DNA from: Myxococcota bacterium
GTDB lineage: Bacteria; Myxococcota; UBA4151
Direction of reading: 5' to 3'
NCBI GenBank assembly: GCA_036338695.1
Contig: JAYZBQ010000053.1
Coordinates: forward strand, 1 to 30,998
Length of the DNA: 30,998 bases
The notes under the pieces were generated by a model. That model ran no database searches. It worked only from the letters and a program-made list of their open reading frames with translations, and was not told the DNA's origin. Shown here in pieces: positions 1-8,966 of the stretch. The number at the start of each line of letters is the position of its first letter. Position 1 is the stretch's first letter. The position numbers and the translations under genes were made by a program.

Positions 1-1
1 A

Positions 2-277
2 CAGCACCAGCGGCACGATTTAGGCCTCACGATTGACCTGAGCGGAGACGCTGGCTCGAGCGTGAACATCTCAGCTGGGGGGATCAGCGTCAGCGGGAAT
101 TTCCCGATCGGGGATACCGTCATGGTCACCTTCGCCATCCCTAGCTCCGGCTTGTTGGTGCACACCGAAGGGCTCGTGGTGTGGTCTGAAGAGGGCCGCA
201 GTGGCCTGCGGTTTGACGACTTAGACAGCGAGGTGCGCGCCGCGATCGATGAGGTGTTGCACCGCTCAGCGCCTTGA
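2..277 (+). CDS. PilZ domain protein (c-di-GMP receptor family), 5'-truncated by the window edge
   Basis: Frame is open from nt 2 (QHQRHDLGLTIDLSGDAGSSVNISAGGISV...). It has the D/NxSxxG motif (NISAGG), the second Arg of a probable RxxxR motif (the first would lie before the edge) and the typical 'G.VVW.....GLRF' ending. Confidence 0.75.
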   Translation, partial: QHQRHDLGLTIDLSGDAGSSVNISAGGISVSGNFPIGDTVMVTFAIPSSGLLVHTEGLVVWSEEGRSGLRFDDLDSEVRAAIDEVLHRSAP

Positions 278-1221
278 TCACGCGCGCTGAGCTTTTGGCG
301 CGCCTGCACGGCGAGAGCGCCGCAAAAGAACGGTCGGTTCAGCCGGCGCTCGATCTCACAAACTATGCCTCGGCGTACGGTTACGAGCTCGCAGATCTCG
401 CCCGGCGCGTTTTGGGCTTGGTTCGGTTTCGGAGCGGCCCGCTCAGGGTCCTTGAGCTGCACCCCGGGTCGGTGGCGCTTGCATCCGCTTTTGAGGGCGC
501 TCGTGTCTGCGCCGTGGAGCCTCAGCCGGACGCCGCTCGGCGGCTTGAGCGTGATGGGGTCGAGGTCACGCGTGGGCGCTGGCCGGAGCGACGCCCTGAG
601 GGGCGCTTCGACCTGGTCGTCGGGGCCGGTTTATCCAGCGCGTACTCGGAGCATGAGCTGCGTGAGGAGCTCGCACCGGAGATGGCGTCGCTGCTGGCGC
701 CCTTTGGGCAGGTGCTGATCCTCGAATCGGGTCATCGGCAGGGGGGGCGCGCCGTGGTCGCCTGGCGAGAGGGTCTGATGCGGCAACGCGTGCAGCCGAT
801 CGCACCTTGCCCGCACCAGCTCCGGTGCCCGCTCGCTCAGCACCGCCGAAAGGGCTGCACCTTCCCATTTGCTCCGAGCGACGAGGAGGCTGAGCTGCCC
901 GTCGATCCGGCAGCGGACGAGCTCGCCTTTTTGTTGGCGGGGCGTGACGCAAGCGTTCGCCGTTCGGAGCCCTTTGTGATCGCACGAGCACAACGAGATC
1001 AAGACCGGGTCGTCCTTCCCGTTTGTCATGAGACGCACGCTGCGCTGATTGCGCCGATCGGTGAGCACACGCGTCGAGGCGGGGGGCTCTATCGTCAGCA
1101 GCGCGGCTGTTATGTCGAGGTGCCGGCGGAGCGGTTGGACCCGCAGGGTGAGTTGCTCCCAGGTGGTGCGCTCCCTGCGGGTGAGCACGTGCTCGATCAA
1201 GTGTGTGCCGATGAGCCCTAG
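274..1221 (+). CDS. Rsm22/METTL17-like SAM-dependent methyltransferase-fold protein
   Basis: Family-like segments 'VLILESGHRQG..AVVAWREGL' and 'IAPCPHQLRCPL...GCTF', a later Cys in 'LPVCH', and a degenerate motif I 'VLELHPGS'. The TTG start overlaps the PilZ stop (TTGA). Confidence 0.65.
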   Translation: MITRAELLARLHGESAAKERSVQPALDLTNYASAYGYELADLARRVLGLVRFRSGPLRVLELHPGSVALASAFEGARVCAVEPQPDAARRLERDGVEVTRGRWPERRPEGRFDLVVGAGLSSAYSEHELREELAPEMASLLAPFGQVLILESGHRQGGRAVVAWREGLMRQRVQPIAPCPHQLRCPLAQHRRKGCTFPFAPSDEEAELPVDPAADELAFLLAGRDASVRRSEPFVIARAQRDQDRVVLPVCHETHAALIAPIGEHTRRGGGLYRQQRGCYVEVPAERLDPQGELLPGGALPAGEHVLDQVCADEP

Positions 1222-1274
1222 TTTGTGTTGGCTTTTGATCACTGAGTGGCTAGCGCCAAGATTCGGAGGTTCGG

Positions 1275-3260
1275 ATGTCTGAGCAGATCACGATTTATTT
1301 GCCCGATGGCGCCACAAAGACCCTCGAATCGGGTCAGACAGCGCATGCTGTCGCCGCTCAAATCTCCGAGGGTTTGGCGCGCCAAGCCGTGGGCGCTAAA
1401 GTCAACGGTGAGGTGTGCGATCTGCATCGACCGCTCGCCGACGGCGATCAGGTCCAGTTGTTGACCCCGCGCGACGCAGAGAGCCTGGAAATTCTAAGGC
1501 ACTCAACGGCGCATATCTTGGCAAGCGCGGTCAAGCGACTCTTTCCCAAGGCGCTGATCTCGATCGGTCCTGTCGTCGATGACGGCGTCAACGGCTTCTA
1601 CTACGACTTTGAGATGGAGCGCCCGTTTACGCCGGACGACCTGGTTGAGATCGAGGCGGAGATGAAGCGTGTCATCGGCGAGAAGTCGAGCTTTCAGCGC
1701 GTCGCCATCAGCCGAGAGGATGCTAAGCAGCGCTTCGAAGCGGAAGGGGAACCCTACAAGCTCGAGCTGCTCGACGCCGCCGACGGTGAGATTACGCTCT
1801 ACACGCACGGCGAGTTCAACGATCTGTGCCGAGGTCCGCACCTCCCGGACACCGGACGCGTAAAGTGCTTTAAGCTGCTGAGCCAGGCGGGCGCCTACTG
1901 GCGAGGTGACTCCAACAACACCATGCTCCAGCGCATCTACGGCACCGCCTTTTTCGACAAAAAAGAGCTCAAAAAGCACCTGCATCGCCTCGAAGAAGCG
2001 AAGAAGCGAGATCACCGGCGCCTTGGGCGTGAGCTTGGCCTGTTTACGGTCAGCGAGAAGGGCGACCTCTATCACGATGAGAACGAGGGGCGCTCGTACT
2101 TTGAAGAGATCGGTCAGGGGCTCGTGCTGTGGCTGCCGCGTGGCGCCCGGATCCGCACGATCTTGGAGGATTTCTGGCGGCGGACGCACCGCCAAGGTGG
2201 CTACGAGCCCGTGTATTCGCCGCATGTGGCGCACTCGGACCTGTGGCGGATCTCAGGGCACCTCGGGTTCTACAACGAGAGCATGTACAAGCCGATCGCG
2301 GTCGACGACGAGGAGTACCTCCTCAAGCCGATGAATTGCCCGTTTCATGTGATGATCTACAAGACGACGGCGCATTCCTATCGGGACCTGCCCGTTCGGC
2401 TCGCAGAGCTGGGGACGGTCTATCGGTACGAGCTCGCCGGCGCGCTGCACGGCTTGATGCGTGTCCGGGGGTTCACTCAGGACGACGCCCACATCATCTG
2501 CGCCGAGGAGAGCTTGGAGGACGAGCTCAACAAGGTCCTGCGGCTGGCGCTCGAGTACTTGCGAGCCTTTGGCTTTGAAGCCTTTGATATCATGCTCTCG
2601 ACCCGTCCGGAGAAGTTCGTCGGCGAGCCGAGCCTGTGGGCGCGCGCTGAGAAGGCGCTCGAGGGCTCCATCCGGGCGAGCGGGCTCGACTTTGCCGTAG
2701 ATGAAGGGGGCGGGGCCTTCTACGGTCCCAAGATCGACATCAAGATAAAGGATGCGATTGGGCGCACGTGGCAGTGCAGCACCATCCAGCTCGACTTCAA
2801 CCTGCCGAAGCGCTTTCAGATGACCTACACGAACCGAGACGGTGAGAAGGTCCCGCCGATCCTGATCCATCGCGCCATTATGGGCTCGCTCGAGCGCTTC
2901 TTTGGCATCCTGACGGAGCACTACGCCGGGGACTTCCCAGCCTGGCTCGCCCCGGAGCAGGCTCGAATCCTGACGATCTCGGAGCGCGCCGAGGGGGCGG
3001 CGAGTCAGCTGCTGGCTGCCTGCCAAGCGCGTGACCTGCGCGTGGAGGTCGATACGCGCAACGAGAGCCTCGGGAAAAAGATCCGCGACGCGCGCTTGAT
3101 GCGGGTGCCCTATCTCTTCGTACTCGGCGATCGTGAGGTCGATGAGGGGACCGCCGCGGTTCGGTCGCGTCAAGGCGAACAGTTTGGGACGTTGACCCAT
3201 GCTGACGCAGTCGATTGGTTGGCTGAAAAGAGCGTGCCGCCTTCACTTGACCTTTGTTAA
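1275..3260 (+). CDS. thrS: Threonine--tRNA ligase
   Basis: TGS domain, 'LRHSTAH', 'DLCRGPH', 'KPMNCPFH', 'GLMRVRGFTQDDAH', 'GAFYGPKID', 'IHRAIMGSLERF' and the anticodon-binding domain. SD GGAGG upstream. Confidence 0.99.
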   Translation: MSEQITIYLPDGATKTLESGQTAHAVAAQISEGLARQAVGAKVNGEVCDLHRPLADGDQVQLLTPRDAESLEILRHSTAHILASAVKRLFPKALISIGPVVDDGVNGFYYDFEMERPFTPDDLVEIEAEMKRVIGEKSSFQRVAISREDAKQRFEAEGEPYKLELLDAADGEITLYTHGEFNDLCRGPHLPDTGRVKCFKLLSQAGAYWRGDSNNTMLQRIYGTAFFDKKELKKHLHRLEEAKKRDHRRLGRELGLFTVSEKGDLYHDENEGRSYFEEIGQGLVLWLPRGARIRTILEDFWRRTHRQGGYEPVYSPHVAHSDLWRISGHLGFYNESMYKPIAVDDEEYLLKPMNCPFHVMIYKTTAHSYRDLPVRLAELGTVYRYELAGALHGLMRVRGFTQDDAHIICAEESLEDELNKVLRLALEYLRAFGFEAFDIMLSTRPEKFVGEPSLWARAEKALEGSIRASGLDFAVDEGGGAFYGPKIDIKIKDAIGRTWQCSTIQLDFNLPKRFQMTYTNRDGEKVPPILIHRAIMGSLERFFGILTEHYAGDFPAWLAPEQARILTISERAEGAASQLLAACQARDLRVEVDTRNESLGKKIRDARLMRVPYLFVLGDREVDEGTAAVRSRQGEQFGTLTHADAVDWLAEKSVPPSLDLC

Positions 3261-3307
3261 CTTAGCCCGCAGAGAAGTTGCCGTCCTAGGGACGAAAAGG
3301 AGAATGC

Positions 3308-4000
3308 TTGCGCCGTCGCCATTTTGCGCCAACGAAGCCTGAAAACGAACAACGCTTAAACGAAGCGATCACCGTACCCGAGGTGCGGCTTATCTCCCAC
3401 TTGGGCGAACAGGTTGGTGTCGTGCCGACTCGCCAGGCGCTCGCGATGGCTAAGGACGTCGGACTCGATCTCGTTGAGGTCAGCCCGAGCGCCAAGCCCC
3501 CGGTGTGCAAGCTCATGGATGCCGGCAAGCAGAAGTACCTGCGCAAGAAGCGTGAGTCGGAGCAGCGTAAGCGCCAGACCCGCATCACCGTCAAAGAGGT
3601 TAAGTTGCGCCCCAAGACGGACGAGCATGACTTCATGACCAAGGCGATGCGCGCCAAACGCTTCCTTGAGGCGGGCGACAAGGTGAAGATCACGATCATG
3701 TTCCGCGGGCGTGAGATGGCGCACCCGGAGATTGCGCGCGCCCACCTCGACCGGATGATCGAGGTGATGGGTGAGCTCGCCGTGGTCGAGCAGGTGGCAC
3801 GGATGGAGGGGCGCAACATGTTTGTGATCCTTGCGCCGAGCCGTGAGGTGCTCAAGGCTGTGGCGGCGGAGAAAGCGCAGAAGCTCAAAGCACGCGCCAA
3901 AGCCAAGAGCGAGCGCCGGGCAGCCGCCGGGGACAACACGGGCGAGGTTCCGGCCCTTGACGATGAGCCAGCTGAAGAAGCTGACGCTGAAGAGAGCTAG
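3308..4000 (+). CDS. infC: Translation initiation factor IF-3 with a ~50-aa C-terminal extension
   Basis: 'LNEAI...EVRLI', 'LDLVEVSPSAKPPVCKLMD', 'VKEVKLRP', 'GDKVKITIMFRGREMAH'. TTG start lies 5 nt after AGGAG (3298-3302). Follows thrS. Confidence 0.97.
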   Translation: MRRRHFAPTKPENEQRLNEAITVPEVRLISHLGEQVGVVPTRQALAMAKDVGLDLVEVSPSAKPPVCKLMDAGKQKYLRKKRESEQRKRQTRITVKEVKLRPKTDEHDFMTKAMRAKRFLEAGDKVKITIMFRGREMAHPEIARAHLDRMIEVMGELAVVEQVARMEGRNMFVILAPSREVLKAVAAEKAQKLKARAKAKSERRAAAGDNTGEVPALDDEPAEEADAEES

Positions 4001-4156
4001 CGCTCGCTGAGCGTGGTCGGCTCGACGGTTTTTATTGACCTGATCGACAGAGTGGATAAACGACGCCCGACGCCCGCTCGTGTGCGGGGGTGATGGGTCG
4101 GTTCCCCAAGTGTTCGACATCGTGTCGGACCACCGTCATCACGAAAAGGAGACATC

Positions 4157-4363
4157 ATGGCTAAAGGGCCAAAGATGAAGACCGTTTCTGGCGCAGCCAA
4201 ACGGTTCAAGAAAACCAAATCTGGAAAGATCCTGGCGAAGAGCGCGAACACCTCGCACTGCCTGACGCCATGGAGCTCCAAGCGTAAGCGGCAGAACCGT
4301 GGCACGCGGACGCTCGCCAAAGTGGATGTACCCGGCATCAGCCGGTGCATTCCTTACAAGTAG
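4157..4363 (+). CDS. rpmI: 50S ribosomal protein L35
   Basis: 'PKMKT.SGAAKRFKKTKSGKI', SD AAGGAG, canonical position after infC. Confidence 0.97.
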   Translation: MAKGPKMKTVSGAAKRFKKTKSGKILAKSANTSHCLTPWSSKRKRQNRGTRTLAKVDVPGISRCIPYK

Positions 4364-4375
4364 GGGGGCGGAACA

Positions 4376-4720
4376 ATGCGTGTCAAAGGTGGTTACGCTA
4401 CACGTCGTCGACGTAAGAAGATCTTTAACCGGGCCGAGGGCTATCGAGGCAAGCGCAAGAACGTCTGGCGCGTCGCCAAGCAGGCGGTCGACCGGGCTGG
4501 GCAGATGGCTTACAAGGGCCGCAAGCTCAAGAAGCGCGACTTTCGCCGTCTGTGGATCGTCCGCATCAACGCCGCAAGTCGTCTGCACGGGCTCAGCTAC
4601 AGCCGGTTCATGCACGGCTTGAAGAAGGCGGGCATCGAGCTGGATCGGCGCGTGCTTGCGCATCTCGCCGTCAGCGAGCCGGAGACCTTCGCATCGCTCG
4701 TCGAGCAAGCGAAAGGCTAA
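4376..4720 (+). CDS. rplT: 50S ribosomal protein L20
   Basis: '[14 protein letters not shown]', '[16 protein letters not shown]', '[23 protein letters not shown]'. Confidence 0.99.
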   Translation: MRVKGGYATRRRRKKIFNRAEGYRGKRKNVWRVAKQAVDRAGQMAYKGRKLKKRDFRRLWIVRINAASRLHGLSYSRFMHGLKKAGIELDRRVLAHLAVSEPETFASLVEQAKG

Positions 4721-4802
4721 GGCGCCCTCGCACACTGTGCGCTGAGGTTCCCGCAGCGGCGGGCAGACCCGAAGGCTTGACCGAGCCATACGGAGCAACA
4801 TC

Positions 4803-5840
4803 TTGGAACAGGATCTCGTTGCGATCGAGAGCGACTGTTCGGCGGCCCTGAAGGGGGTCGCCGATCTGTCGTCGTTAAATGACCTGCGCGTTCAGTTCCT
4901 TGGGCGCCAAGGGCGTCTGACCGGCATCATGCGTGGGCTCGGTCAACTGGCGAAAGATGAGCGTAAAGCGGTCGGTCAGGCAGCGAACAAGGTGCGTGAT
5001 CGGCTCAACGCAGCTTTCGCCGAGGCGGAGACCTCGCTTAAGCGGCGAGCCCTCGACGCCGAGCTCGCCGAGCGGATCGACCTGACGCTCCCAGGGGACT
5101 TGGCGCAAGCTCGCGGTCGCTCGCATCCGCTGCGCCGCGTCGAGGCGGAGATCCTCGAGATCTTCAAGCGTCTCGGCTACACCGTAGCTTCGGGGCCGCA
5201 AGTCGAGGACGACTGGCACAACTTTGAAGCTCTGAACATGCCGCCGGACCACCCGGCTCGTGACATGCAGGATACATTCTACACGGTGGATGGTCGCCTG
5301 CTGAGGACGCACACGAGCCCGGTGCAGGTTCGTACCATGTTAGAGAACAAGCCGCCGCTTCGGATTGTTGTGCCCGGAGCGGTCTACCGCTGCGACGCCG
5401 ACGTCAGCCACAGCCCCATGTTCCATCAGGTCGAGGGGCTGGTCGTGGACCAGGGCATCACGATGGCGGATCTCAAAGGGACCTTGGCGCACTTTGCGCG
5501 TGAGATGTTCGGTGCGGACACCAAGATCCGCCTGCGGTCGAGCTTCTTCCCGTTCACCGAGCCCTCAGCAGAGGTGGATGTCACCTGCATCTTTTGCGGC
5601 GGTGAAGGCTGCCGGGTGTGTGGTGACTGCGGCTGGATCGAGATTTTGGGCTGCGGAATGGTGGACCCGGCGGTGTTCTCGGCGGTCGGCCTCGACCCCG
5701 AGACTACGCGGGGCTTCGCGTTCGGTATGGGGGTGGAACGCATTGCGATGCTGCGGCACCGAATCCCCGACATCCGGCTGCTCTTCGACTCTCGAATCGA
5801 TTTTCTCGAGCAGTTTGCTCAACGGAATCGGGAGGTCTAA
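4803..5840 (+). CDS. pheS: Phenylalanine--tRNA ligase alpha subunit
   Basis: 'HPARDMQDTFY', 'LRTHTSPVQ', 'HSPMFHQVEG', 'FFPFTEPSAE', 'GFAFGMGVER'. TTG start after GGAG. Confidence 0.99.
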   Translation: MEQDLVAIESDCSAALKGVADLSSLNDLRVQFLGRQGRLTGIMRGLGQLAKDERKAVGQAANKVRDRLNAAFAEAETSLKRRALDAELAERIDLTLPGDLAQARGRSHPLRRVEAEILEIFKRLGYTVASGPQVEDDWHNFEALNMPPDHPARDMQDTFYTVDGRLLRTHTSPVQVRTMLENKPPLRIVVPGAVYRCDADVSHSPMFHQVEGLVVDQGITMADLKGTLAHFAREMFGADTKIRLRSSFFPFTEPSAEVDVTCIFCGGEGCRVCGDCGWIEILGCGMVDPAVFSAVGLDPETTRGFAFGMGVERIAMLRHRIPDIRLLFDSRIDFLEQFAQRNREV

Positions 5841-5843
5841 CGC

Positions 5844-8216
5844 ATGCGATACATCAGCGATTGGGTCGCCGAGTGGGTCGAGGGGACGATGCCCTCCGCT
5901 CAAGAAGCCGAGGAGACGCTGACCGACCTTGGGCTTGAGGTGGAGCGCGTGCTGCAGGATCAAGACGTCGCAGACCGCGTGGTGATCGGTCAGGTCATTA
6001 CCAAGGCGCAGCATCCGAACGCCGATCGGCTCACCCTCTGTCAGGTCGATGTCGGTGAAGCCGAGCACGCGCAGATCGTCTGCGGCGCTCCCAACCATCA
6101 AGAAGGTGACCGCGTCGTCGTGGCGCGGCCTGGGTGTCGCCTGCCCGGAGATTTCAAGATCAAGCGCTCCAAGATTCGCGGTGAGGTCTCTGAGGGGATG
6201 ATGTGCTCCGAGACGGAGCTCGGCTTGGGCGAGTCCGACGAGGGGATTTGGATCCTGCCGAGCGATGCGCCGATCGGGCAGACGCTTGGGCAGTACGTGC
6301 GCGCAGGCGGACGCCATGTGTTTGAGCTGGGTCTCACGGCGAACCGCGGCGATGCGCTCAGCATGGTAGGGATTGCGCGCGAGCTCTGTCTGCGCAGTGA
6401 TCAGCGCAGCCCGCGTGCGCTCATCGAGGCCTGCGCTTCTCCAGGCGAACCAGCCGATGTGACGGTCGATCTCAGCGACGCCGGGTGTCCGTTTTACGCT
6501 GCGAAGCTGCTGCGGAACGTGCGCGTCGGAGCGTCTCCTTTATGGCTCCAGCAGCGGCTTCAAGCTGCCGGGGTGCGCGCCATCTCCAACGTCGTCGACA
6601 TCACCAACTATGTCCTCCTCACTTATGGGCAGCCGCTTCATGCGTTTGACTACGCCCTGCTCGGCGGCGGCGCGCGTCGTGTCCAGATGGGCGTTCGTTC
6701 GGCTGAGCCGGGTGAGACCCTGGCGACCCTCGATGGGGTCACGCGTAAGCTGGCGAAGGACGATCTGGTCGTGACCGAGTCGGGACGAGCCGTTGCGCTG
6801 GCTGGTGTGATGGGGGGCGCCGAGACAGAGGTCTCGAGCGAGACGACTGAGGTGCTGCTCGAGGCAGCATTCTTTGACCCGTCCCGGGTGCGCGTCACCG
6901 CTCGGCGGCATGCGCTTCACAGCGAGTCCAGCCATCGGTTTGAGCGGCACGTCGATCCTGCGCGCGTGCTGGCTGCGATGAACTTCGCGGCGCAGCTGAT
7001 GGTCGAACTGTGCGGCGCCGAGGCCGCCGACGGGTATGCCGAGGCCGGGTCGCTCCCGACCGCAAACGCACCGATTCGTTTTCGCTTCAGCGACGCCGAG
7101 GCCCTCATCGGGATGGCGTTCGACCCAGACGAGTCAGCGCAGCTGCTCGAGCGACTCGGCTGTCTTGTCGATCGCACGGCCACCGAACACTGGACGGTTC
7201 AGCCGCCGACCTGGCGCCGGGACCTCGAGCGCTCGGTGGATCTGATCGAAGAGCTGGTACGCGGCAAGGGTCTGGATGCAGTCCCTGAGCGACTGCCCGA
7301 CGCGCCGCCGCCGCCCGCTGGGATCACCACGGCTGATCCCACCGACGCGCTGGGGCGTAGCCTGAGCTTAGACCTGATCGGGCGTGGCTACTTCGAGTCG
7401 GTCAGCTTGGCGTTTATGAGCCCAACCTGGGCTGAGCGCTGCGCCCGGTCAGCCATCGAGTTGGACAACCCCTTGGGTGAAGAGACCCGCTACCTCAGGA
7501 CGGATCTACGTCCTGCGCTGGTCCAGGCCGTCAGCTTGAACCGACGACATGGGCGCGTCGAGGTCCGCCTCGTGGAGTGTGCTCGCCGATTCGAGCGTGA
7601 GGTCGAGCACAACACGATCGCTTGGACCGCGCCCTGGGGCGATAACCCGGTGGCGGGTTACGCCGCGTGTCGTGGTGAGCTCGAGGCGTTGCTCGGGGCG
7701 CGCGGGGTGGCGCAGTTGTGCTACGAACCCATGGGTGATGCAGATCGGCTGCTTCATCCGCGCAGCGCAGCCCGTGTCCTCGCGGAGGACCAAGTGATTG
7801 GGACGCTCGGCGAGGTCCACCCCGAGCTTCGCAACGAGCTCGAGCTGACGCCTGGTCAGTGGCTCGTTCAGCTGGATCTCAGCGCCACGCTCGAGGGCAC
7901 GGCGGCGCTGTCCGTCTATGAGCCGCTGCCGCGGTTTCCCGCTGTCCACAGGGACCTCGCCTTGGTCGTCGACGAAGCCGTCGGCGCCGGCCACCTGGCC
8001 GATCTGGCGCAGCGTGTGGACGCGAGCTTGGCGGTTCAGGCTCGAGTCTTTGACGTCTACCGCGGCAAAGGGCTCTCAGAGGGTAAAAAGTCAGTCGCTG
8101 TACGCTTCTCAATTCAGAGCGCAGAAGGTACGCTTAGCGAGAAGGAAGCGAACCGTTGGCTGAAGCGCTATCAGGAGTTAGCGCTTGATCAGTTTGGAGC
8201 TCAGCTTCGAGGCTGA
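5844..8216 (+). CDS. pheT: Phenylalanine--tRNA ligase beta subunit
   Basis: 'HPNADRL', 'IVCGAPN', 'SEGMMCS', 'TANRGDALS', 'NVVDITNY', 'GQPLHAFD', 'DLIEEL' and the FDX-ACB domain ('RFPAVHRDLA', 'FDVYRG'). Confidence 0.99.
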   Translation: MRYISDWVAEWVEGTMPSAQEAEETLTDLGLEVERVLQDQDVADRVVIGQVITKAQHPNADRLTLCQVDVGEAEHAQIVCGAPNHQEGDRVVVARPGCRLPGDFKIKRSKIRGEVSEGMMCSETELGLGESDEGIWILPSDAPIGQTLGQYVRAGGRHVFELGLTANRGDALSMVGIARELCLRSDQRSPRALIEACASPGEPADVTVDLSDAGCPFYAAKLLRNVRVGASPLWLQQRLQAAGVRAISNVVDITNYVLLTYGQPLHAFDYALLGGGARRVQMGVRSAEPGETLATLDGVTRKLAKDDLVVTESGRAVALAGVMGGAETEVSSETTEVLLEAAFFDPSRVRVTARRHALHSESSHRFERHVDPARVLAAMNFAAQLMVELCGAEAADGYAEAGSLPTANAPIRFRFSDAEALIGMAFDPDESAQLLERLGCLVDRTATEHWTVQPPTWRRDLERSVDLIEELVRGKGLDAVPERLPDAPPPPAGITTADPTDALGRSLSLDLIGRGYFESVSLAFMSPTWAERCARSAIELDNPLGEETRYLRTDLRPALVQAVSLNRRHGRVEVRLVECARRFEREVEHNTIAWTAPWGDNPVAGYAACRGELEALLGARGVAQLCYEPMGDADRLLHPRSAARVLAEDQVIGTLGEVHPELRNELELTPGQWLVQLDLSATLEGTAALSVYEPLPRFPAVHRDLALVVDEAVGAGHLADLAQRVDASLAVQARVFDVYRGKGLSEGKKSVAVRFSIQSAEGTLSEKEANRWLKRYQELALDQFGAQLRG

Positions 8217-8280
8217 AACAGCCGCCGAACGAGCGAGTAAGAGGCGAGCGGGGAGTTCCCGATCCGCCTTGGGAGATGGG

Positions 8281-8580
8281 ATGACGGAGCAACAGGTCGA
8301 GACGATGACCAAAGCCGATTTGATCGATGTGGTTCATCGTCGGACCGGTCTGAGTAAGCGCGAGGCGACGCGTTCAGTGGAGACGTTCATTGATTTGATC
8401 CGAGAGGCTCTGATCGATGGCCACCATGTAAAGCTCGCAAACTTTGGTACCTTCAAGCTCAGAGACAAGGCGCCGCGCATCGGCCGGAATCCGCGCTCAA
8501 GCGGGTCAGAGGTTGTGATCGCCGCCCGTCGTGTCGTAACGTTCAGGCCGAGCCCCAACCTACGATCGGCGATGAACTAG
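8281..8580 (+). CDS. ihfA: Integration host factor alpha subunit (IHF/HU family)
   Basis: 'MTKADLI', 'FGTF', 'GRNPR', 'ARRVVTFRPS'. Sits after pheT as in the conserved pheT-ihfA order. Start is ATG 8281 (GGAG upstream) or 8305, not the track's 8185, which overlaps pheT. Confidence 0.9.
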   Translation: MTEQQVETMTKADLIDVVHRRTGLSKREATRSVETFIDLIREALIDGHHVKLANFGTFKLRDKAPRIGRNPRSSGSEVVIAARRVVTFRPSPNLRSAMN

Positions 8581-8583
8581 CAC

Positions 8584-8934
8584 ATGACCCAGGACCACCG
8601 CCTCCCCGTCAATCAGCAGTTCTTTCGCATCGGCGAGGTTGCGACGCTGACAGAGACCTCGAGCTCGCAGTTGCGGTTTTGGGAGACGAAGTTCTCACAG
8701 CTTCGCCCCGTGCGCGGCGGCAGGGGGCAGCGTCGGTACAGTCGGGAGGACGTCGTCCTGATCTTCCAGATCAAAGAGATGACGGCGCAGGGGTTAGCGC
8801 TCAAGGCGATCAGTCGACGCCTTCAGACCGATCCCAACAGCGGCAACCGGCGCACGATCGATGTCGAGCGTCTGTATGAATTACGTAATCGGCTCGTGGC
8901 GCTGGAAGAGCGCCTGGGAAGCTTCTTGAAATAA
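8584..8934 (+). CDS. MerR-family HTH transcriptional regulator
   Basis: 'FFRIGEVA', 'LRFWETKFSQLRP', 'GQRRYSREDV'. This is the short MerR gene commonly found after ihfA. Confidence 0.9.
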   Translation: MTQDHRLPVNQQFFRIGEVATLTETSSSQLRFWETKFSQLRPVRGGRGQRRYSREDVVLIFQIKEMTAQGLALKAISRRLQTDPNSGNRRTIDVERLYELRNRLVALEERLGSFLK

Positions 8935-8966
8935 CGGTCCGCGTGACCGCCCTTAGAGGGCTATCT

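Noticed and set aside
1222..1274. tRNA-mimic thrS operator
   Set aside because: Only a weak ttggc/gccaa stem is visible, with no Thr-anticodon-like loop.
4721..4802. pheM-like attenuator or T-box before pheS
   Set aside because: Only short GC hairpins are present. There is no Phe-rich leader peptide, U-tract terminator or T-box motif.
5586..5636. CxxC-x4-CxxC insert in PheS
   Set aside because: This metal-binding insert is widespread in PheS of Firmicutes and deltaproteobacteria, so it is not novel.
8935..8966. tRNA-Pro often found after ihfA-MerR
   Set aside because: The gap is only 32 nt and has no tRNA features.
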